A stretch of 64,000 nucleotides of DNA from Alphaproteobacteria bacterium. GTDB taxonomy: Bacteria; Pseudomonadota; Alphaproteobacteria; SHVP01. Every line of letters begins with the position of its first letter. Position 1 is the stretch's first letter. Below the pieces are notes generated by a model, which saw only the letters and a list, made by a program, of their open reading frames with translations, was not told the origin of the DNA and made no database searches. The stretch lies in assembly GCA_016869765.1 (NCBI GenBank), contig VGES01000018.1, forward strand, positions 1,307-65,306, written 5' to 3'. The translations under genes and the position numbers were made by a program. This document shows positions 59,049 through 64,000 of this stretch, piece after piece.

Positions 59049-60821
59049 TCAATTGCCGCTCAGGTCGCGGGCGAGCGCCGCGAGGGCCGGAGTCCAGTCG
59101 TGGGCGGGCGTGCGGCGATAGAGCTTGGTGAGGGGAAACCATGGGCTTTCGTCACCTTTGGCCATCCAGCGGAACTCCGGTGTCGGGATGAGGACCCGAC
59201 TCGGTCGACGGACAGTTTCGCGAAGGTGGACATTGGTGTTCGACACCGTGACGTACTCATCGAGAAGCGACAGGAGCGCCAGCATCGTCGCGAGGTCATC
59301 GTTGAACGCCCCGGCGTCGGCGACCGGGCGGCCCAGCCCGGTTCGTAAGTGATCCAGTTCTCCGGACCGGGCGGCGCGCTGCAAAGAAACGACCGTATGG
59401 CGCTGTCCGCGCAACACCTCGATCAATCGATCGGGCGGGGCTTCCTTGTAGAGCGACTTGGGGTCGTTGGGCGTTCCCGCGCGCCAGGTAAGTCCCAGGT
59501 ACGGGGGAGGCCCCGCCGCAACGAGCAAATGCCGTGCGGCCGTCAAAGCCCCGGCCGAAGGACCGAGGCGGATCGATTCGGGATAGTCCGCATCGCCCGA
59601 ACCCAGCAGATACGGAAGGTCGCTCACGGCGACGACAAAGTCGCCAGTCGTGCCGATTGTGCTCAGTCCGTCGATGGCGGGCCAGCCGGCCAGCACAGGC
59701 ACGAGCTTGGCGCCTGCCTCGTAGAGGACCCGCGCCCCGCGGGCTTTGAGCCTGCCGATGAACCGCAGAAAGAAGATCTCATCCCCCAAGCCCTGGTCAC
59801 GACGCACGAGGATGGTTTTCCCCGTGAGATCGTCCGGCAGCGGCTGGCGGTGAAAATCTTTGGCCCGCCCCTGCATCACCTCACGATCCAAAAAGGCACG
59901 CCAGCCCTCACGCAATCGTCCGCCAAGGAGCAACGCCAGCCCGCGTTGCTCGATGGCCGTCGGCAATCGCGGATCGACCGCCAGCGCCCGGTCGTAGGCG
60001 TCGATCGCCCCGTCGATATCGGCAAGTTCCTGGAGAATATTTCCGAGGTTGGCCCAAACCGCGGCCTGGCGTGGATCGGCGGCGAGCGCTGTGCGGTAGA
60101 CTGCCACCGCTTGCTCGGGGCGCCCGGCCCGCCCCAAGGCTGCCCCGAGGTTCACGCGCGCCCGCGCATCCCCTCCGGAGTCGCGCACTGCTCGTTCGGC
60201 TTCCGCGATCGCGGAATCGAACGACCCCTCTCCGATCAGGGCGCGCGACAAACTCAGGCGAACATCGGTGTTGCGTGGAGCGCGTGCAGCAGCCTGGCGC
60301 AAAACGGCGACGGCCGCCGCATAGTTCCCCAGAGCGACCTCAGCGTTGCCGAGATTGAGCGCATAGCCGACTTCGGCCGGGCGTAGGGAAAGCGCTCGGG
60401 CAAAATCCTCGCGGGCCAGATTCGGAGCGGTCGATCGCTGGGCGTTGCCCCTCGCGTTGAGGGCCTGGGCCAGGAGATCGACGGTCGTGGTGGCCGGCTC
60501 GATTCGATAGGCCGCCTCCAGAGCAGCCACGCCGCCGGCAAAATCCCCCGTCTGGCACCTGAGGGCGCCGACATTGAAATGCGCGTCGGCCGATAGTGGC
60601 GCGAGCACGGCGGCCCGCTCCAGCGCCTGAAGCGCCCGGGCTGTTAGACCTTGGCGTTGACACGCGGCCGCCAGCAGCGACAGCCCCGGAACCAAGGTCG
60701 ATTCGAGCGCCAAGGCCCGTTCGCAATGCGCGATCGTTTCGGGCCACCGACCGCGGCGAAAGGAAGCCTCCGCCTGGGCCAGCGCATCACGCGCCTTGCT
60801 GACATCGCGTTCGCCGGACAC
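59049..60821 (-). CDS. TPR-repeat protein fused to glycosyltransferase family 9 (heptosyltransferase-like) C-terminal domain
   Basis: The N-terminal ~300 aa carry multiple TPR repeats. The C-terminal half has the GT9 signature (TILVRRDQGLGDEIFFLRFIGRLKARGARVLYEAG...) and a GT-B C-lobe. Confidence 0.6.
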   Translation of the reverse strand: MSGERDVSKARDALAQAEASFRRGRWPETIAHCERALALESTLVPGLSLLAAACQRQGLTARALQALERAAVLAPLSADAHFNVGALRCQTGDFAGGVAALEAAYRIEPATTTVDLLAQALNARGNAQRSTAPNLAREDFARALSLRPAEVGYALNLGNAEVALGNYAAAVAVLRQAAARAPRNTDVRLSLSRALIGEGSFDSAIAEAERAVRDSGGDARARVNLGAALGRAGRPEQAVAVYRTALAADPRQAAVWANLGNILQELADIDGAIDAYDRALAVDPRLPTAIEQRGLALLLGGRLREGWRAFLDREVMQGRAKDFHRQPLPDDLTGKTILVRRDQGLGDEIFFLRFIGRLKARGARVLYEAGAKLVPVLAGWPAIDGLSTIGTTGDFVVAVSDLPYLLGSGDADYPESIRLGPSAGALTAARHLLVAAGPPPYLGLTWRAGTPNDPKSLYKEAPPDRLIEVLRGQRHTVVSLQRAARSGELDHLRTGLGRPVADAGAFNDDLATMLALLSLLDEYVTVSNTNVHLRETVRRPSRVLIPTPEFRWMAKGDESPWFPLTKLYRRTPAHDWTPALAALARDLSGN

Positions 60822-60894
60822 TGTTGTCTCTTAGGCTGACCGCCGGCTGTGAGCAAGGTTCGCGAGCACCGTCGGCGCGGGCTATGGTGCCGCC

Positions 60895-61542
60895 ATGACA
60901 ACGCCGATCGATCGCGCCGACTGGCACCGCTACTACAGTCGGAAGAGGGTGACCCAGCAGTGGATGCAGGTGCATCTGCTCGACGGGGTCGCGGGGGAAC
61001 GCGTGCTCGAAATCGGGCCGCACCATGGATTTGTCACGGCGCTACTCGATAATCTCGGCTATCAGGTGACCACGCTCGATATCCGGGCCCGAACCTTCGA
61101 TCGGCCGCCGTGCCGTCACATTCAGGCCGACCTGATCGATCTCGACCCCCAAACCATCGCCAACCACGATGTCATCCTGTGTTGCGAAACACTCGAACAC
61201 CTGCCGTGGGAAAAAGTGGTCGGGGTGCTCACGATGTTCCGGCGCTCCGGCGCGCCCTGGTTGATCACCTCGGTGCCCTACGAAGGCTTCCAGATCTTTC
61301 TCCAGTACTACGTCAACCGCTTCACGTTCCAGCGCACCAGTCAATTCAAGAAGCTTAGGTTCCTCAAGGACTACACGCCCGAGTCCGATCCTCTGGGCCA
61401 CAAGTGGGAGGTCGGCTATTGCGGCTACAGCCTGAAAGCCTGGGAGACGATGTTGCGGGCGAGCGGCTGGGCCATCGAGGAGCGCCAGTTCACGGCGCCG
61501 ACCCGTTCGGTGTTTCATCGCTTGAGGAACATGGAACGCTGA
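60895..61542 (+). CDS. class I SAM-dependent methyltransferase
   Basis: It has motif I (VLEIGPHHGFVTALL) and motif post-II (VILCCETLEHLP). It is divergent from the TPR-GT9 gene. Confidence 0.6.
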   Translation: MTTPIDRADWHRYYSRKRVTQQWMQVHLLDGVAGERVLEIGPHHGFVTALLDNLGYQVTTLDIRARTFDRPPCRHIQADLIDLDPQTIANHDVILCCETLEHLPWEKVVGVLTMFRRSGAPWLITSVPYEGFQIFLQYYVNRFTFQRTSQFKKLRFLKDYTPESDPLGHKWEVGYCGYSLKAWETMLRASGWAIEERQFTAPTRSVFHRLRNMER

Positions 61543-61578
61543 CGCCGGTGTGCGGGCGGCGTGAGCGGACCCGTTCGG

Positions 61579-62832
61579 CTAGGCACTGGCCGTTGCGACA
61601 GCAGGCAGGGTGACTCGAAAAATGGAGCCGCCACCCTCGCGCGCGAGACTATGAACGTCGCCGTGGTGGCGGCGGGCGATCTGGCGCACGAGGGCGAGCC
61701 CCAGCCCGGCCCCGGTCGAATCCGGATTGGTCGAGAGGCGGTAGAACGGCTCGAAAATCCGCTCGCGTTCGGCCTCGGGCACGCCAGGGCCGCGGTCGCT
61801 CACCGTCAGAACGGCACTGGTTCCGAGACTGGTCACGACGATGTCGATTGGTCCGCCGGGCGCATGCCGCCGCGCGTTCTGAACGAGGTTGCGCACCAAA
61901 CGGCGTAGCAACGCCCCGTCACCACGCACCCTGACCGGTGTTCCAGAGACCGCGAGGTCCTCCCGTGCGGCCTCTTCCGCCACCAGGGCCAGGAGATCGA
62001 CGTCGTCCGTTCGATCGGGCGTGGCGGCGGCATCGAGGCGGCTCGAGGTGAGAATCGCATCGATCATTTGGTCGAGTTCCGCCACGTCCTGACGCACGCC
62101 CTCGAGCCGTTTGGCGTCGCCCTCGCGGGCCAGCTCGATCCCGAGACGAATGCGGGCAAGTGGTGTGCGCAACTCGTGCGAGACGCTGGCGAGCAGCATC
62201 TTGTGGGCATGGACGAGGGCCTGCAGGCGCTCGGCGGCCCAGTTGAACGAGCGGGCAAGGACGGCGACCTCGTCGCGACCGCGAACGTGCACGCGGGCAC
62301 TCAGGTCGCCGCCTCCTAGACGCTCTACGCCGGACCTCAGACGCTCGATGCGGCGGGACAGCCGGTGGACGAACGGCAGCGCGACGCCCGCGACGGCCAG
62401 CGCGATAGCGCCCACGATCACGGGCAGTCCCCAGGCGCGCCAGGTGACCGGCATGCGTGCGACGGCCGTGCGGCCGTCGACGAGCGTCACCGACCAGACC
62501 GGGCCTGCATTCCCATCCCGGTGGTGTCGTCGACGGCCCTCAGCACGCACGAGGGGGACGGGCCGGCCAGCGCTGGCGATAACGGCGCCGTCGGCGCCAT
62601 AGACCGCGAGATCGGCCTGCGTCTGCTGATGGAGCCGATCGAGCATGGTCTGTAGGCGATCTCCCGTAAGATCGGGGGGCAGCACCGTGGCGACGATCTC
62701 GGCCACCGCCTCGGACGATTGCTCGAAGGGCTCAAAGTCGACGGTTGCACGCCACAACACGGCGGTGAGCGCGACCACGACGACGAGGGCCAGAAGCACG
62801 GTGCCGTAGACCTGCCAAAACAGGCGATGCAC
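61579..62832 (-). CDS. two-component sensor histidine kinase (TM–periplasmic–TM–HAMP–HisKA–HATPase)
   Basis: It has the H-box (SVSHELRTPLARI) and the N, G1 and G2 boxes (NLVQNARRHAP, DRGPGV, GAGLGLALV). Confidence 0.8.
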   Translation of the reverse strand: MHRLFWQVYGTVLLALVVVVALTAVLWRATVDFEPFEQSSEAVAEIVATVLPPDLTGDRLQTMLDRLHQQTQADLAVYGADGAVIASAGRPVPLVRAEGRRRHHRDGNAGPVWSVTLVDGRTAVARMPVTWRAWGLPVIVGAIALAVAGVALPFVHRLSRRIERLRSGVERLGGGDLSARVHVRGRDEVAVLARSFNWAAERLQALVHAHKMLLASVSHELRTPLARIRLGIELAREGDAKRLEGVRQDVAELDQMIDAILTSSRLDAAATPDRTDDVDLLALVAEEAAREDLAVSGTPVRVRGDGALLRRLVRNLVQNARRHAPGGPIDIVVTSLGTSAVLTVSDRGPGVPEAERERIFEPFYRLSTNPDSTGAGLGLALVRQIARRHHGDVHSLAREGGGSIFRVTLPAVATASA

Positions 62833-62835
62833 GGC

Positions 62836-63525
62836 CTAGCGATCCTGCTCTTTGGCGAATACGTATCCGGCGCCGCGCACGGTCAGGATACGGCGCGGCT
62901 TCTTGGGGTCGTCTTCGATGAGGGCACGGATCCGCGAGATCTGGACGTCGATCGACCGGTCGAAGGCTTCGACCGCGTGGCCCTTCATCAAGTCCATGAG
63001 GGCATCGCGCGACAGCACCCGCCCGGCCCGCTCCGCGAGCGCATTGAGAAGCAGGAACTGATAGCTCGTGAGGTGGCGCTCATCGCCGTCGATTCTCACC
63101 TGCCGGGCACCGCGATCGATCTCGAGGCGGCCGAATCGCAGCACGTCGCTGGCCGGGCCGCTCCGTCGCCGCCGCAGAATAGCCCGTAGCCGCGCGAGCA
63201 ACTCTCGCGGCTCGAAGGGCTTGGGCAGATAGTCGTCGGCGCCGACTTCGAGGCCGACAACTCGGTCCATCGGATCACCGCGAGCGGTCAGCATGAGGAT
63301 GGGGATATCGGAGTTCGCCCGCACCCGGCGCGCGAAATCGAGCCCATCGCCATCGGGCAACATGAGATCGAGGATCATGGCGTCGAACGATTCGCGCCGA
63401 AGTTGGCGCTCGCCCTCGACAAGCCCTGCGGCGCGGCTCAACCGGAAGCCCGAGCCGACGAGGTAGTCGGCGACCATCGCCGCCAACCGCGGATCATCTT
63501 CGATCAAAAGAACATGGCCGGCCAT
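62836..63525 (-). CDS. OmpR/PhoB-family response regulator
   Basis: It has a receiver domain with the phospho-acceptor Asp (ILDLMLPDGDG) and a winged-helix C-terminus (TVRGAGYVF). Confidence 0.85.
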   Translation of the reverse strand: MAGHVLLIEDDPRLAAMVADYLVGSGFRLSRAAGLVEGERQLRRESFDAMILDLMLPDGDGLDFARRVRANSDIPILMLTARGDPMDRVVGLEVGADDYLPKPFEPRELLARLRAILRRRRSGPASDVLRFGRLEIDRGARQVRIDGDERHLTSYQFLLLNALAERAGRVLSRDALMDLMKGHAVEAFDRSIDVQISRIRALIEDDPKKPRRILTVRGAGYVFAKEQDR

Positions 63526-63579
63526 GGCGTATCCTAGCCCGTACGCCCCCGCCGCCCGAATGCGGCGGGGGCTAGCGTT

Positions 63580-64000
63580 CTAGTGCCGGCGGCGGTGGCG
63601 GCGATCCATCATTTGGCTCAACTGGACGCGTTGTTCAGGAGTGAGTACGTCGGCCACATCTGCCAGCGCTTGGGTCACCCGGCGCGTCAGGGCATCGCCG
63701 GCCTGAACCTGCGACAGGCGAAGTGTTTCGAGCTTGCCGCGATCGACGGTCGGCGCGGCGATGATGTCGCGCACCTGAGCGAATACGGCCCGGTGCTGGT
63801 CGCGCATCGGGAGGACGTCGGCCGCTGCCTGCTTGAGGATGGCGGAGGCCTTCTGTTTCTGCTCCGGGCTCGCGCCGACCCGGCTCAGGAGCCGCTCAGC
63901 ACCACGATCGATGTGGCGGCCAACACGTTCAGGGTCCATCCCGCGGTGCCAGCGGTGATGCGCGCCACCGACGGCGAGGGCGCCGACAACGATGGTCGTC
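63580..64000 (-). CDS. periplasmic LTXXQ-motif (CpxP/Spy-like) protein, N-terminus runs off window end
   Basis: It has a C-terminal LTPEQRVQLSQMM motif and a His/Arg-rich tail. The upstream in-frame hydrophobic segment (TTIVVGALAVGG) continues to the window edge. It lies directly upstream of the RR–HK pair. Confidence 0.45.
   Translation of the reverse strand, partial: TTIVVGALAVGGAHHRWHRGMDPERVGRHIDRGAERLLSRVGASPEQKQKASAILKQAAADVLPMRDQHRAVFAQVRDIIAAPTVDRGKLETLRLSQVQAGDALTRRVTQALADVADVLTPEQRVQLSQMMDRRHRRRH

Overview
This 64-kb window is a high-GC (~68%) alphaproteobacterial-type chromosomal segment. It is densely coding, with many 4-bp stop/start overlaps indicating operons. I found no transposases, integrases, CRISPR arrays or rRNA, and one tRNA-Thr(CGU).

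The conserved housekeeping backbone is:
- mmsA (partial)
- the hemC–hemD–hemX-like–hemY porphyrin block, with hemC divergent from tsaD
- gpsA, acs, rsmB, rpe, purH and gdhA
- a MlaC/MlaA lipid-trafficking pair
- a SnoaL-like/DUF1295/CFA-synthase-like stress operon

The accessory content is:
- An ~11-kb polysaccharide-precursor island lies between a heparinase II/III-like gene and purH. It encodes a predicted UDP-2,3-diacetamido-2,3-dideoxy-glucuronate pathway: a WbpA-like dehydrogenase, a natural WbpB–WbpD fusion, a WbpE-like aminotransferase, an AsnB-like amidotransferase, a methyltransferase, a GT4 transferase, WbpL-like and WbpM-like enzymes.
- A second glycan-related patch holds a TPR–GT9 fusion and a GT8-like gene.
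- Three diverged paralogs of an internally duplicated epoxide-hydrolase-like alpha/beta-fold protein with non-canonical motifs are present; two of them are in tandem.
- Two apparently inactivated genes: an in-frame TAA in a signal-peptide outer-membrane protein, and a +1 frameshift in an A6 run inside an otherwise perfect Nudix box.
- Three copies of a GC-rich hairpin-bearing intergenic repeat family (REP-like).
- An 822-aa Sel1-repeat protein with novel internal peptide repeats.
- A CpxP-like/OmpR/HK envelope module at the window edge.

Most long ORFs in the six-frame track are spurious high-GC antisense or extended frames.
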